Source: Pseudomonadota bacterium (GTDB taxonomy: Bacteria; Pseudomonadota; Gammaproteobacteria; Burkholderiales; Burkholderiaceae_C). Taken from it: a stretch of DNA of 64,000 nucleotides. The notes below the pieces were generated by a model. The model made no database searches. It saw only the letters and a program-made list of their open reading frames with translations, and was not told the DNA's origin. Made by a program: the position numbers and the translations under genes. Shown in pieces: positions 41,933 to 52,516 of this stretch. The stretch covers positions 7,722 to 71,721 of the forward strand of contig JAJYTY010000001.1 of NCBI GenBank assembly GCA_021792835.1, written 5' to 3'. Each line of letters opens with the position of its first letter. Positions within the stretch are counted from its first letter, which is position 1.

Positions 41933-44900
41933 TCGGGTGGCGCCGCGGCGTCGGTGCGCCACTGCTCCAGCAGCGCGTCCCACTGCGGCAGCACCTGCTC
42001 CATGCTGCGCTGCTTGACCGGGCCGTAGCCGCCGATGCGCGCCGGCAGCTGCGCCACGCGCAGCGCCAGCTGCAGGTTGTCGGCGCGCAGCCGCGCCAGC
42101 AGTTGCTCCACGGTGTCGCGGTAGCGCTGGATCAGCGCGCGCTCGGCGCGCCGCTCCTCGGTACGGCCGAAGGGGTCCAGCCAGCTGCCGCGCAGCACCT
42201 TGCCATGGCGCAGCAGCCGCATCGCGCGGCCCATCCACGGGCCGAACTCGATCTTGCGCGGCCTGCCGTCGGCGCCCATGCGGCTGAGCATCGGCGGCGC
42301 CAGGTGGTAGCGCAGCTTGAAGTCGCCTTCGAACTGCTCGCGCAGCGAGCGTTCGAAGGCCGGGTCGGCGTGCAGGCGCGCGACCTCGTACTCGTCCTTG
42401 TAGGCCATCAGCTTGAACAGGGTGCGTGCCACCGCTTCGCTCAGGCGCGTGGAACCCAGCGCCGACTCGGCCCGCGCGACGCGCTCGACCAGCTCGCGGT
42501 AGGCCCCCGCATACGCCGCGTTCTGGTAGGCCGTGAGGAAATCGGCATGCGTGCGCAGCAGTTGCTCCAGCCCGGGGCGGCGCGCGAAGGCGATCACCTG
42601 CTCGGTGGAAGCCAGCGCGGCAAGTTGCTGCGGGTTCGCGGCGGCCTGGCGCCCCCATTCGAAGGCGGCCTTGTTCTGCTCGACGGCCACGTCGTTGAGC
42701 TCGATGGCGCGCAGCAGGGATTCGCGGCGCAGCGGGATCCAGCCCTTCTGCCACGCGAAGCCCAGCATCATCGGGTTGGCGTAGATGCTGTCACCCAGCA
42801 GGCGCCGCGCCAGTGCATCGGCGTCGAATCCGGCGACCTGCGACGGGCCCGCCGCCTGCTCCAGCGCCTGCTGGCACGCCGCCTGCGGGAATTCCCATTG
42901 CGGCTGGTGTACCAGCGCCGCGGTCGGCGCGCCGTGCGTGTTCAGCGCGACGAAGGTGCGGTCGCGGCGGACCCGCGCCAGGGTCTCGCGGTCGGCCGCG
43001 ACGATCGGGTCGCAGCCCAGGATCAGCTCGGCCTCGGCCATGGCCACACGGGTCGTGTGGATCTGCGCGGGGTCGTTGGCGATGAGCACGTGGCTCCAGG
43101 TCGCGCCGCCCTTTTGCGCGAGCCCGGCTGCGTCCTGGGTGACGATGCCCTTGCCCTCTATATGGGCGGCGACTCCGAGCAACTGCCCGATCGTGATCAC
43201 CCCGGTGCCGCCGATCCCGGCCACCAGGATGCCGTAGCAGCCGCCGCCGGCGCGGTCGGCCTGCACCGGGTCGGGCACCTGCGGCTCGCCGGGGTCGCCC
43301 AGCGACTGCAGGCTCGGCGACTGCACGGCTGCCGCCTTGCGCGGCTTGCCGCCCTCGACCGTCACGAAGCTGGGGCAGAAGCCCTTCAGGCAGGAAAAGT
43401 CCTTGTTGCAGCTGCTCTGGTTGATGGTGCGCTTGCGCCCGAACTCGGTGTCCAGCGGTTCCACCGACAGGCAGTTGCTCTGCTCGGAGCAGTCGCCGCA
43501 GCCCTCGCATACCAGCGGGTTGATGGCCACGCGCCGGTTCGGCTCCGCCAGCAGCCCGCGCTTGCGCCGGCGCCGCTTCTCGGTGGCGCAGGTCTGGTCG
43601 AAGATCAGCACGGTGGTTCCCGCCACCTCGCGCAGCCGCCGTTGCACGGCGTCGAGTTCGTCGCGGTGCAGCACCGTGGTCTGCGGCGCGAGATCGTGCA
43701 CGCCGCGGTACTTGTCCGGCTGGTCGCTGAGCACGACGATCTCGCGCACCCCTTCGGCGTGCAGCTCGCGGCTGATCTGCGCAACGCTGAGATGGCCCTC
43801 CACCGGCTGCCCGCCGGTCATCGCCACGGCGTCGTTGTAGAGGATCTTGTAGGTGATGTTGGCGCCGCTGGAAATCGCCTGGCGGATCGCCAGCAGCCCC
43901 GAGTGGTAGTAGGTGCCGTCGCCGAGGTTGGCGAACACGTGGCGGTCCTTGCTGAACGGCGCCTGCCCCACCCAGGCCGCCCCCTCGCCGCCCATCTGGC
44001 TGAAGGTCGAGGTGTTGCGGTCCATCCAGACCACCATGTAGTGGCAGCCGATGCCGGCCATCGCGCGCGAACCTTCGGGGACGCGGGTGCTGGTGTTGTG
44101 CGGGCAGCCCGAGCAGAACCATGGCGGGCGCTTCTCGCTGGGAGGCGCCTCGGCCAGCGCGCGCTCCTTCGCGTCGATCAGCGCGACACGCTCGCGCAGC
44201 CTGCGCTGCAGCTCCTGCGGTGCGTCGCGCAGCAGTCCCAGGCGCTCGATGCGCGACGCGATGGCGCGCGCGATCTGCGCCGGGTTCAGGTCGGCCTTCG
44301 CCGGCAGCAGCCAGTTGTCGCCGGGGTTGGGCTGGCTCCATTCGCCGCCGCTGCGGTCGCCGGGGAGCTCATGGAACTTGCCGATCACGTTCGGGCGAAC
44401 GTCCTCCCGCCAGTTGTATAGCTCTTCCTTGAGCTGGTATTCGATGATCTGGCGTTTCTCTTCGATGACCAGGATTTCCTGCAGGCCCGTAGCGAACTCG
44501 CGGGTCGCGTGCGCCTCCAGCGGCCACACCACCGCGACCTTGTGCAGTCGCAGTCCGATCTGCGCGCAGGCCTGTTCGTCGAGTCCGAGGTCGGCGAGCG
44601 CCTGGCGGGTGTCGTTGTAGGCCTTGCCCGAGGCCATCAGGCCCAGGCGGGCTCGCGGGCTGTCGATCACCGTGTGGTTGAGCCGGTTGGCCCGCACGTA
44701 GGCCAGCGCCGCATACCACTTGACGTCCATCAGGCGCGCTTCCTGGCTCAGCGCATCATCGGGCCAGCGGATGTGCACGCCGCCGTCGGGCATCGGGAAG
44801 TCCTCCGGCAGCACGATGCGCACGCGCTCGGCCGACACGTCGACCGACGCCGAGGACTCCACCACCTCCTGGATGGTCTTCATGCCGGCCCACAGCCCGC

Positions 44901-45510
44901 TGTAGCGGCTCATCGCCAGCGCATGCAGCCCGAGGTCCAGGATGTCCTGCACGTTGCTGGGGAAGAACACCGGGAAGCCCACGGCCTTGAACACGTGGTC
45001 GCTCTGGTGCGCGGCGGTCGAGCTCTTCGCGACGTGGTCGTCGCCGGCCACCGCGATCACCCCGCCGTGGCGCGCGGTGCCCGCCAGGTTGGCGTGCTTG
45101 AACACGTCGCCGCAGCGGTCGACCCCCGGGCCCTTGCCGTACCAGATGCCGAACACACCATCGAAGCGCTTGCTCTGCGGGTACAGGTCGAGCTGCTGCG
45201 TGCCCCACAGCGCGGTCGCCGCGAGTTCCTCGTTGACACCGGGCTGGAACACGATGTCGTGGGCCGCCAGCAGCTTGCGTTCCTTCCACAGCGCCTGGTC
45301 GTAACCGCCGAGCGGCGAGCCGCGGTAGCCGCTGATGAACCCGGCGGTGCGCAACCCCGCCAGCTGGTCGCGCCGGCGCTGCAACAACGGCAGGCGTACC
45401 AGCGCATGGATGCCGCTCATGAAGGCGCGGCCGGATTCCAGGGTGTACTTGTCGTCGAGACGGATGGTCTCCAGGGCCCGGCGGACGGCTTCGGGCAGCG
45501 CTGCGTTCAT
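41875..45510 (-). CDS. Indolepyruvate ferredoxin oxidoreductase family protein (fused alpha/beta/gamma)
   Basis: SGYRGSPLGG, GVNEELAAT, FCSGCPHN.ST, GDGTY.HSG, CEGCGDC, CNKD.SC..GFCPSF, YKDEYEVARL; GAGGAG RBS. Confidence 0.93.
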   Translation of the reverse strand: MNAALPEAVRRALETIRLDDKYTLESGRAFMSGIHALVRLPLLQRRRDQLAGLRTAGFISGYRGSPLGGYDQALWKERKLLAAHDIVFQPGVNEELAATALWGTQQLDLYPQSKRFDGVFGIWYGKGPGVDRCGDVFKHANLAGTARHGGVIAVAGDDHVAKSSTAAHQSDHVFKAVGFPVFFPSNVQDILDLGLHALAMSRYSGLWAGMKTIQEVVESSASVDVSAERVRIVLPEDFPMPDGGVHIRWPDDALSQEARLMDVKWYAALAYVRANRLNHTVIDSPRARLGLMASGKAYNDTRQALADLGLDEQACAQIGLRLHKVAVVWPLEAHATREFATGLQEILVIEEKRQIIEYQLKEELYNWREDVRPNVIGKFHELPGDRSGGEWSQPNPGDNWLLPAKADLNPAQIARAIASRIERLGLLRDAPQELQRRLRERVALIDAKERALAEAPPSEKRPPWFCSGCPHNTSTRVPEGSRAMAGIGCHYMVVWMDRNTSTFSQMGGEGAAWVGQAPFSKDRHVFANLGDGTYYHSGLLAIRQAISSGANITYKILYNDAVAMTGGQPVEGHLSVAQISRELHAEGVREIVVLSDQPDKYRGVHDLAPQTTVLHRDELDAVQRRLREVAGTTVLIFDQTCATEKRRRRKRGLLAEPNRRVAINPLVCEGCGDCSEQSNCLSVEPLDTEFGRKRTINQSSCNKDFSCLKGFCPSFVTVEGGKPRKAAAVQSPSLQSLGDPGEPQVPDPVQADRAGGGCYGILVAGIGGTGVITIGQLLGVAAHIEGKGIVTQDAAGLAQKGGATWSHVLIANDPAQIHTTRVAMAEAELILGCDPIVAADRETLARVRRDRTFVALNTHGAPTAALVHQPQWEFPQAACQQALEQAAGPSQVAGFDADALARRLLGDSIYANPMMLGFAWQKGWIPLRRESLLRAIELNDVAVEQNKAAFEWGRQAAANPQQLAALASTEQVIAFARRPGLEQLLRTHADFLTAYQNAAYAGAYRELVERVARAESALGSTRLSEAVARTLFKLMAYKDEYEVARLHADPAFERSLREQFEGDFKLRYHLAPPMLSRMGADGRPRKIEFGPWMGRAMRLLRHGKVLRGSWLDPFGRTEERRAERALIQRYRDTVEQLLARLRADNLQLALRVAQLPARIGGYGPVKQRSMEQVLPQWDALLEQWRTDAAAPPDQNSVGSTSMAQRTPLRSS

Positions 45511-45712
45511 GGCGCCTATCTCCTCATGGTGCGACTCGATGCGCAACGGCCGTCCCCCGCGGCGGTGGCTGCGGGTGGTTCGCGACAGGCGCGGCAGGGT
45601 GGCGCTGCGCCAGCCACGGAGCGGGCCTCGTGGGCCCGCCCTGCGGTCGTCTCATGCGGCGATCGTAGTGTGCCGCGGCAGGCTTGCCAACCCGCGGCGC
45701 CCCGTCAGGGCC

Positions 45713-46429
45713 TCAGCGCTGTTCCAGGCACAGCACCTCGGAGCCGGGGCTGCGCAGGTTGCTGATGGTCGCCTGGCGGCCCTTGAACCACACCTGGACT
45801 TCGCCGTTCGAGTAGCGCGCGCCGTCGGCGGCTACCGTCTGCTCCAGTTGCAGCACGCCCAGCGCGGTACTCATGGTCACGCTGACGTCGCCGAAGCTGG
45901 CAAGGAAGGAGGTGCCGTCGTTGCAGACGTAGCGCACCGCTCCCGGCGGCACGCTGGCGGCCGGCAACGAGGCCGGCGACGCCGGCAGCGAAGCCGGTGC
46001 CTGCGGGGCTGATGCGGGGGCCGACGCCGGGGCTGATGCGGGGGCCGCGGCGGAAGCAGGCGCGGATGCCGGCGACGACGCCGGCAGCGCCGGCAGCGCC
46101 GGCAGGCTGGCCGCGCTGGCCGGCGCCAGCGGTTGCACCACGACCCCCGGGGTCGGCTGCAGGCCCTGCGCCTGCGCCGGCGGTTGCGCCGCGGTCGAAG
46201 CCGGCGCCACGGGTGCCGGTTGCGCGGCAGGCGCCGAGGCCTGCGGGTGCAGTACGACGATGGGCGCGGGCGTGTTCAGCGAGACGGTCTCGCAGCCGGC
46301 GAGCAGCCCCAGCGCGCCCAGCGCGCCCAGCCATTGCGCGCAACGCCGCGCAGGCAGGCGTGCGCGGCGCGGAGCGGGCTGCGCGGCGGCCGACGGATCA
46401 TGCTGCGGGATGGGCGTCGGGGCGTGCAT
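45713..46429 (-). CDS. Lipoprotein with a Pro/Ala linker and a C-terminal MliC/PliC-like domain
   Basis: Lipobox LLAGC; C-terminal YVC..G...L.QTVAADGARY.N....WFKG.QA. Confidence 0.78.
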   Translation of the reverse strand: MHAPTPIPQHDPSAAAQPAPRRARLPARRCAQWLGALGALGLLAGCETVSLNTPAPIVVLHPQASAPAAQPAPVAPASTAAQPPAQAQGLQPTPGVVVQPLAPASAASLPALPALPASSPASAPASAAAPASAPASAPASAPQAPASLPASPASLPAASVPPGAVRYVCNDGTSFLASFGDVSVTMSTALGVLQLEQTVAADGARYSNGEVQVWFKGRQATISNLRSPGSEVLCLEQR

Positions 46430-46471
46430 CGGGACGAACTCCTTGGCGACTGATGGATGCATTACACCAGA

Positions 46472-47770
46472 TCACCGCGCGCGGGTTGGCGTCGAGGTGC
46501 TACGCGGCAACAGCAGCCACATGCTCCCCGGCGACTGCATGCGCCCGGCGGCGTCGCCGGCCGCCTCGCCGGTGCCGAAGAACAGATCGGCGCGCAGCGG
46601 GCCGCGGATCGCGCCGCCGACGTCCTGCGCGAACACCAGGCGACGCAACGGCCTTGCGTCGACCGTGGTCGACAGCCACAGGGGCATGCCGAGCGGGAGC
46701 AGTCGCTTGTCCACGGCGACGCTGCGCAGCGCCGTCAGCGGCACTCCCAGCGCCCCGGTGGGGCCGCGTTGCGGACCGCGCAGCGGCGCGGCGTGGAAGA
46801 ACACCACGCGCGGGTTGGCATCGAGCATCTGCCGCACCTGCTCCGGGTGCATCTGCGCCCAGGCGCGGATGATCTGCATGGTCACGGTGCCACGCAGGTC
46901 GCCGCGATCGAGCAGCCAGCGCCCGACCGAGCGGTACGGCCAGCCGTTGTCGCCGGCGAAGCTCAGGCGCAGCATCGAGCCGTCCGGCAGGCGCAGCAGC
47001 CCCGAGCCCTGCACCTGCAGGAACAGCGCGTCCACCGGGTCGCGCAGCCACGCCACCACATGGCGCGACAGCACCTGCTGCGCCTGCGGATTGCTCGCGA
47101 TCTGCGCGCGGCTCCAGTAGGGCTCGACGACGGTGCGCCCGTCGGCTTCGTCGACCACGCGACCGCGACGCACATCGCCGGGCGAGCCGGTCGGCAGGTC
47201 GACGAGGTCGGAGGGCAGGCCCCAGACCGGCACCACGTAGGGCCAGCCGCGCGTCGTCGAGCCGTCGAACACCGGCTCGTAGTAGCCGGTCACCAGTCCC
47301 TGGTCGGAGCCGTCGGGCGCGCTCAGCTGCCAGGGCTGGAACCACCTTTCGAAAAAGGCCCGCTGCGCTTCGGGGTCGTTCGCGGCAACCGACTGCGACG
47401 CGGCGCAGGCTTGCGCGAGCATCGCCACATGCGCGTCGCAATCGCGTCGCCAGGCTCGCCACAGGCCGGAGAAGTCGTCGTCGTTCCAGCCCGGCAGGCG
47501 GTCGAAGGAAGTCGGTTGCATCGGCAGCGGGCTGATGCCGCTCGGCGGCGCGGAGGATGCCGCCGCGGGGGCGCTCGGCGCGGGCGCGCTCGACGCCGGC
47601 GCGGCAGCGGCCGGCGCTGCGGGGGCGGCAGCAGGCGCCGCCGCGGGCGCGGGCGGCGCCGGCAGTACCGCGCACGATCCCAGCAGCGCGGCCAGGCCAA
47701 CCGCGAGAACCAGCCGCGCGCCGCGTCCGGCCGCGCTTGTCGCTGTGAAATGGCGCGAGCCTGGATTCAC
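46472..47770 (-). CDS. mltA: Membrane-bound lytic murein transglycosylase A
   Basis: Lipobox LLGSC; TGYYEP, FL.VQGSG, NP..VFF, RS.AVD, AQDVGGAI.G..R.D.F.G.G. Confidence 0.93.
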   Translation of the reverse strand: MNPGSRHFTATSAAGRGARLVLAVGLAALLGSCAVLPAPPAPAAAPAAAPAAPAAAAPASSAPAPSAPAAASSAPPSGISPLPMQPTSFDRLPGWNDDDFSGLWRAWRRDCDAHVAMLAQACAASQSVAANDPEAQRAFFERWFQPWQLSAPDGSDQGLVTGYYEPVFDGSTTRGWPYVVPVWGLPSDLVDLPTGSPGDVRRGRVVDEADGRTVVEPYWSRAQIASNPQAQQVLSRHVVAWLRDPVDALFLQVQGSGLLRLPDGSMLRLSFAGDNGWPYRSVGRWLLDRGDLRGTVTMQIIRAWAQMHPEQVRQMLDANPRVVFFHAAPLRGPQRGPTGALGVPLTALRSVAVDKRLLPLGMPLWLSTTVDARPLRRLVFAQDVGGAIRGPLRADLFFGTGEAAGDAAGRMQSPGSMWLLLPRSTSTPTRAR

Positions 47771-47774
47771 TGCG

Positions 47775-48152
47775 TCAATGCAGGCTCTGGCCCGGCGGCA
47801 TCAGCACGAACTCGGGAATCGGCGCGTCGAATTGCGAGCCCTCGTCGGTCACGCACAGGTAGCTGCCGCGCATGCTTCCGCTGGGCGTGCGCAGGCGGGT
47901 CCAGCTGGAGTACTCGAACACCTCGCCCGGGCGCAGCAGCGGCTGCTGGCCGACGACGCCGAGCCCGCGCACCTCCTCGGTGCGCCCGGTGTCGTCCATG
48001 ATCACCCAGTGGCGCGCGATCAGCTGCGCCGGACGGCTGCCGGTATTGCGGATGCGCACGGTATAGCTGTAGGCCCACAGGCCGCCCCCGGCGTCCGACT
48101 CCTCCGGGAGGAAGGCCGGTTCGACGGATACTGAAAATTGATTCGCATCCAT
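47775..48152 (-). CDS. apaG: ApaG (Co2+/Mg2+ efflux-associated) protein
   Basis: Y.V.I.N.G...AQL..RHW.I.D, V.G.GVVG.QP, G.M.GSY. Confidence 0.95.
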   Translation of the reverse strand: MDANQFSVSVEPAFLPEESDAGGGLWAYSYTVRIRNTGSRPAQLIARHWVIMDDTGRTEEVRGLGVVGQQPLLRPGEVFEYSSWTRLRTPSGSMRGSYLCVTDEGSQFDAPIPEFVLMPPGQSLH

Positions 48153-48216
48153 GGTGGCGCCGATTGTAGACACGAGGCCTGGATGGGAGGGGGCCGGCTT
48201 CTACAATCGGCGCACC

Positions 48217-48915
48217 ATGAAGACCTACCGAATCGCTCCCAGCATCCTGTCCGCCGATTTCGCCCGCCTGGGCGACGAGGTCCGCAGCGTGATCGACGCC
48301 GGCGCCGACTTCATCCATTTCGACGTCATGGACAACCACTACGTGCCCAACCTCACGGTGGGCCCGCTGGTTGCGCAGGCGATCAAACCGTACTGCAAGC
48401 GTGCCGACGGGTCCGCCGTGCCGCTGGACGTGCACCTGATGGTCGAGCCGGTCGACGCGCTGGCGCAGATGTTCGCGAAGGCCGGTGCCGACATCATCAG
48501 CTTCCACCCCGAGGCGAGCCGGCACGTCGATCGCACGCTGCAGCTGATCCGCGATGCCGGCTGCCGTGCCGGGCTGGTGTTCAACCCGGCTTCGTCGCTG
48601 GAAGTGCTGGACTACGTGCTGGACAAGGTCGACCTGGTGCTCATCATGAGCGTCAACCCGGGATTCGGCGGCCAGAGCTTCATCGCCGAGGCGCTGCGCA
48701 AGACCGCGCTGGTGCGCCAGCGCCTGGACGCCTACCGCGAACACAGCGGGCGCGAGGTGCTGCTGGAAGTCGACGGCGGCATCAAGACCGACAACATCGC
48801 CGCGGTGGCCGCCGCCGGGGCCGACACCTTCGTCGCCGGCAGCGCGATCTTCGGCCAGAAGGACTACCGCGCGGTGATCGACTCGATGCGCTCGGAACTC
48901 GCGCGCGTGGTCTGA
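48217..48915 (+). CDS. rpe: Ribulose-phosphate 3-epimerase
   Basis: [43 protein letters not shown]. Confidence 0.97.
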   Translation: MKTYRIAPSILSADFARLGDEVRSVIDAGADFIHFDVMDNHYVPNLTVGPLVAQAIKPYCKRADGSAVPLDVHLMVEPVDALAQMFAKAGADIISFHPEASRHVDRTLQLIRDAGCRAGLVFNPASSLEVLDYVLDKVDLVLIMSVNPGFGGQSFIAEALRKTALVRQRLDAYREHSGREVLLEVDGGIKTDNIAAVAAAGADTFVAGSAIFGQKDYRAVIDSMRSELARVV

Positions 48916-48928
48916 GGCCGGCGCCGCG

Positions 48929-49543
48929 TCAGTCCGCGTCGGCGGCGTCCCCGAGCAGCGCGCGCTTCAGGCGCGAGTCGGCCGGGTCCGGGCCGAGCCA
49001 CACACGAAGCAGCGCATCGAACAGCCGCGGGTCGGCGAAGGGCGGGCCCAGCGGCCTGGCATCCACTTCCACCAGCATGCCGGTTCCCGGCTCGTCGCGC
49101 AGGTCGATGGTCTGGCCTTCGCGCAGTTCGCGCTGGGTCGCGAACAGGCCGCGAAGGCGCTGCAGCGAGGGCGCCAGCGAGGCGATCTCGGCCCGCGACA
49201 GGTTGGCGCGGATGTCGGAGTCGAGCTTTTCGCCGAGTTCCTTGCCGCTGACCTCGCGCAGCATGACCAGCCGCATGTGCTTCGGACCGGGCATCGCCAG
49301 CGCCGCGCTGGCGTCGCGTGCCGGACGCGGCAGGTACAGGCCGGCGGCATAGACCTTGAAGATGAAGAAGTAGCGCGTGCCGGCGCCGTTGAGCACAAGG
49401 GCCTGCCCGGCCTGCTGCTCGCGCGGCGCGAAGTTCACGCCGTGCACCTGCATCGCCTGCGCGCCGCAGGTGCAGGCACCGGCGCAGCTCAGCAGCGCGA
49501 TGCCTCGACGCACGGCGCGCGCGGGAAGGATCGGCAATCTCAT
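48929..49543 (-). CDS. Chalcone-isomerase-fold family exported protein
   Basis: Signal peptide; LVLNGAG.R....FKVYAAGLYL, LL.VWLG..P.D..LK.ALLG. Confidence 0.85.
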   Translation of the reverse strand: MRLPILPARAVRRGIALLSCAGACTCGAQAMQVHGVNFAPREQQAGQALVLNGAGTRYFFIFKVYAAGLYLPRPARDASAALAMPGPKHMRLVMLREVSGKELGEKLDSDIRANLSRAEIASLAPSLQRLRGLFATQRELREGQTIDLRDEPGTGMLVEVDARPLGPPFADPRLFDALLRVWLGPDPADSRLKRALLGDAADAD

Positions 49544-49676
49544 GGCAGGTCTCCTCGGCAGCGGTGGTGCCAGCATAATCGAACGGTCGTTCGCAAGGTG
49601 CGCGAGGTGTTGCCCGCGGCGCATTTGCTACAGTGGCCGAAGCCCGTCGCGCGACGTCGCGCACCCCCTTCGCACC

Positions 49677-51173
49677 ATGACAGAAACCGAATTCAACAGC
49701 CTGGCCGAGGCCGGCTACAACCGCATCGCGCTGGTCTCGCAGGTCTTCGCGGACCTCGATACCCCGTTGTCGCTCTACCTGAAACTGACCGATGGCGGCG
49801 CCGCGCGCAACACCTTCCTGCTCGAGTCGGTGGTCGGTGGCGAGCGCTTCGGGCGTTACTCCTTCATCGGGCTGGCCGCGCGCACCGAACTGCGCGTGAA
49901 GGACGGAGTCACGCGGGTGCTGCGTGACGGTGCCGAGGTCGAGCGCTCGACGCAGCCGCCGCTGGAGTTCATCGAATCCTTCCGCGCCCGCCACAAGGCC
50001 GCGCTGCCGCAGGGCATGCCACGGTTTTGCGGCGGCCTCGCCGGGTATTTCGGCTACGACGCGGCGCGCTACATCGAGCCGCGGCTGCAGGAGTCGGCGC
50101 GCCGCAACCCGCGTCCCGACCCGCTCGACCTGCCGGACATCCTGCTGCTGCAATGCGAGGAGCTGGCGGTGATCGACAACCTGGCGGGTCGCCTGAGCTT
50201 CATCGTCTACGCCGACCCGGCGCAGCCGCGGGCGCATGCCCAGGCCACGCAGCGCCTGCGCGAGTTGCGCGAGCGCCTGCGCGCCAGCGTGGCCGCGCCG
50301 GCGATGCCTGCGGCCGAGGTCACGCCTGTCGAGCGCGAATTCGACAAGTCCGACTACCTGCGTGCGGTGGAGCGCGCGAAGGAACTGATCGCGGCCGGCG
50401 ACTTCATGCAGGTGCAGGTCGGGCAGCGCCTGCGCAAGCGCTTCGGCCAGTCGCCGCTGTCGCTGTACCGCGCGCTGCGCACGCTCAACCCGTCGCCGTA
50501 CATGTACCTGTACAACTTCGGCGACTTCCAGGTGGTCGGCTCCTCACCGGAGATCCTGGTGCGCCAGGAGGCCACGGAGCAGGGGGAGAAGGTGACCATC
50601 CGTCCGCTGGCGGGAACGCGCCCTCGCGGCGAGACGCCGGACAAGGACCTGGCCAACGAACGCGAACTGCTGGCCGACCCGAAGGAGCGGGCCGAACACC
50701 TGATGCTGATCGACCTCGCGCGCAACGACCTGGGACGCATCGCGCGCACCGGCAGCGTGCAGGTGACCGAGGCCTTCGTCATCGAGCGCTACTCGCATGT
50801 GATGCACATCGTCAGCAACGTCGAGGGGCTGCTGCGTCCGGGCCTGAGCGCGCTGGACGTGATGCGCGCGACCTTCCCCGCCGGTACGCTTTCGGGCGCG
50901 CCGAAGATCCGCGCGATGGAAGTGATCGACGAACTCGAGCCGACGCGGCGCGGGCTGTACGGCGGCGCCGTGGGCTACTGGAGCTTCGCCGGCGACATGG
51001 ACCTGGCCATCGCCATCCGCACCGGCATCGTCAAGTCGGGTTGGCTGTACGTGCAGGCCGCGGCCGGCGTGGTCGCCGATTCGGTGCCCGAGATGGAGTG
51101 GCGCGAGACCGAGGCCAAGGCGCGCGCCGTGCTGCGCGCGGCCGAGCAGGTGCAGCAGGGACTCGACGCCTGA
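49677..51173 (+). CDS. trpE: Anthranilate synthase component I
   Basis: DLDTPLS.Y, FLLESV.GGE..GRYS, NPSPYMY, RPLAGTRPRG, KE.AEHLML.DL.RND, FPAGTLSGAPK. Confidence 0.96.
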   Translation: MTETEFNSLAEAGYNRIALVSQVFADLDTPLSLYLKLTDGGAARNTFLLESVVGGERFGRYSFIGLAARTELRVKDGVTRVLRDGAEVERSTQPPLEFIESFRARHKAALPQGMPRFCGGLAGYFGYDAARYIEPRLQESARRNPRPDPLDLPDILLLQCEELAVIDNLAGRLSFIVYADPAQPRAHAQATQRLRELRERLRASVAAPAMPAAEVTPVEREFDKSDYLRAVERAKELIAAGDFMQVQVGQRLRKRFGQSPLSLYRALRTLNPSPYMYLYNFGDFQVVGSSPEILVRQEATEQGEKVTIRPLAGTRPRGETPDKDLANERELLADPKERAEHLMLIDLARNDLGRIARTGSVQVTEAFVIERYSHVMHIVSNVEGLLRPGLSALDVMRATFPAGTLSGAPKIRAMEVIDELEPTRRGLYGGAVGYWSFAGDMDLAIAIRTGIVKSGWLYVQAAAGVVADSVPEMEWRETEAKARAVLRAAEQVQQGLDA

Positions 51174-51212
51174 GCGGCGGCCGCCCGCACTTCCCAGCCT
51201 CACAGGCCGCGC

Positions 51213-52043
51213 ATGCCCTGGACCCGCAGCACGCGCAGCGAACTCGCCGGCTCGCTGCTGTGGAGCGTTTTGCCGGTGGCGGTGGCAGTGGCCTCGCCGG
51301 CGCTGCCCGCGCTGTTGCAGGCCACGCTGAGCACCACCGGGTCGCTGCTGCTGGTGTGGCTGTGGACGCGCTGGCGTGGCATCGCCGTGTTCGCCCAGGA
51401 CGCCACGCTGGCCCCCGGCCTGCGTCTGGGACTGCTGTTCAGCCTGCGCGTCGCACTGCTGTACCTGGCGGTGGCGCGTGTCGGCGCGGTCGCCGCGGTC
51501 GAACTCAGCGCCGGCGTCCTGCTGTTGCTGGCGGCGGGCGCGCGGCGCGGCGCGCGCGCATGGCCCGCCGCGCTGCTGGCGCTGGTCGCGCTGGGCCTGC
51601 TGGCGTCCGCCCTGCCGTGGCGTGGCGCGTCGCTCGCCATACTGGCGGCGCTGGCCTGGGGTGCCCAGGAATGGGCCGCGGCGGATTCGCGCCTGGCCGC
51701 CTGCGGTGGCGAAAAATTCATCATCTATCAGTTGATCGGAGCGGCCGTCATTCTTCCGGTGGCCTCCGTGGTGGCGGGCGAGAACTGGCTGGTCGCGGCT
51801 TCGGCCGCCGCCTGGTGGGCGCTGCTGGCGCAGATCGGAGCCTGCGCGCTTGCGATGTCGCTGTTGTGGATCGCCACGCCGGCCGGACCGCGGGCGCGTC
51901 GCCTGCCGGTCCTGCTGACGCTGGCCCCCAGCCTGACGCTGCTGCTGCAAAGCGCGGTCGGCGCGCTGCCGCAGGCCCGATGCTGGGTGGTCGCGGTGCT
52001 GCTGCTGGGGGCCGCGCGCTGGCCGCGCGCCAGGGCGGCCTGA
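51213..52043 (+). CDS. Integral membrane protein, divergent DMT/EamA-like
   Basis: Multiple hydrophobic helices; EK...YQL.GAA motif; the repeats are degenerate. Confidence 0.6.
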   Translation: MPWTRSTRSELAGSLLWSVLPVAVAVASPALPALLQATLSTTGSLLLVWLWTRWRGIAVFAQDATLAPGLRLGLLFSLRVALLYLAVARVGAVAAVELSAGVLLLLAAGARRGARAWPAALLALVALGLLASALPWRGASLAILAALAWGAQEWAAADSRLAACGGEKFIIYQLIGAAVILPVASVVAGENWLVAASAAAWWALLAQIGACALAMSLLWIATPAGPRARRLPVLLTLAPSLTLLLQSAVGALPQARCWVVAVLLLGAARWPRARAA

Positions 52044-52066
52044 GGCGCGCCGCGGCGTGCCGGTGC

Positions 52067-52516
52067 CTACGCGGCCCTGCGCAGGCGCGGCAGGAACCTT
52101 CCGGTATGCGCGCGATACGCCGCGTATTCGGGCCAGCGCTGCATCAGCAGCCGTTCCTCCAGCGAGGACTTGCCCAGCAGCACCAGCCACAGCGCCAGCC
52201 ACGAGGCCAGGCGCACGAGGTCCGGGCTGGCCGACGCCACCGCGGCCATGCCCAGCAGCAGCGAGCTGTACATCGGATGGCGCACGAAGTGGTACGGCCC
52301 GCCCACCACCAGGCGCGCGCCGGGCTTGGGCTGCGGGCGGATACGGAAATTGCCTGGGCGGTTGTGGCTCAGCACCCATGCCCCCAGCGCCAGCGCGGCC
52401 GCGCCGAGCAGCTGAGCGGGCAGTCCGATGCGCCAGTGCCCGGGCCACGCCAGCATCAACGCGATCAGCGCGAACTGGGCTGCCACCCACAGGCTCGCGC
52501 GCAGGGACAGGCTCAT
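52067..52516 (-). CDS. Isoprenylcysteine carboxyl methyltransferase (ICMT/PEMT)-family protein
   Basis: LV..GPY..VRHPMY, EE..L...WPEY..Y...T.RF.P. Confidence 0.88.
   Translation of the reverse strand: MSLSLRASLWVAAQFALIALMLAWPGHWRIGLPAQLLGAAALALGAWVLSHNRPGNFRIRPQPKPGARLVVGGPYHFVRHPMYSSLLLGMAAVASASPDLVRLASWLALWLVLLGKSSLEERLLMQRWPEYAAYRAHTGRFLPRLRRAA

Noticed and set aside
45950-46260. Pro/Ala-rich repetitive DNA in the MliC-like, MltA, PAP2 and TonB genes
   Set aside because: These are in-frame low-complexity linkers typical of periplasm-spanning proteins, not independent repeat elements.
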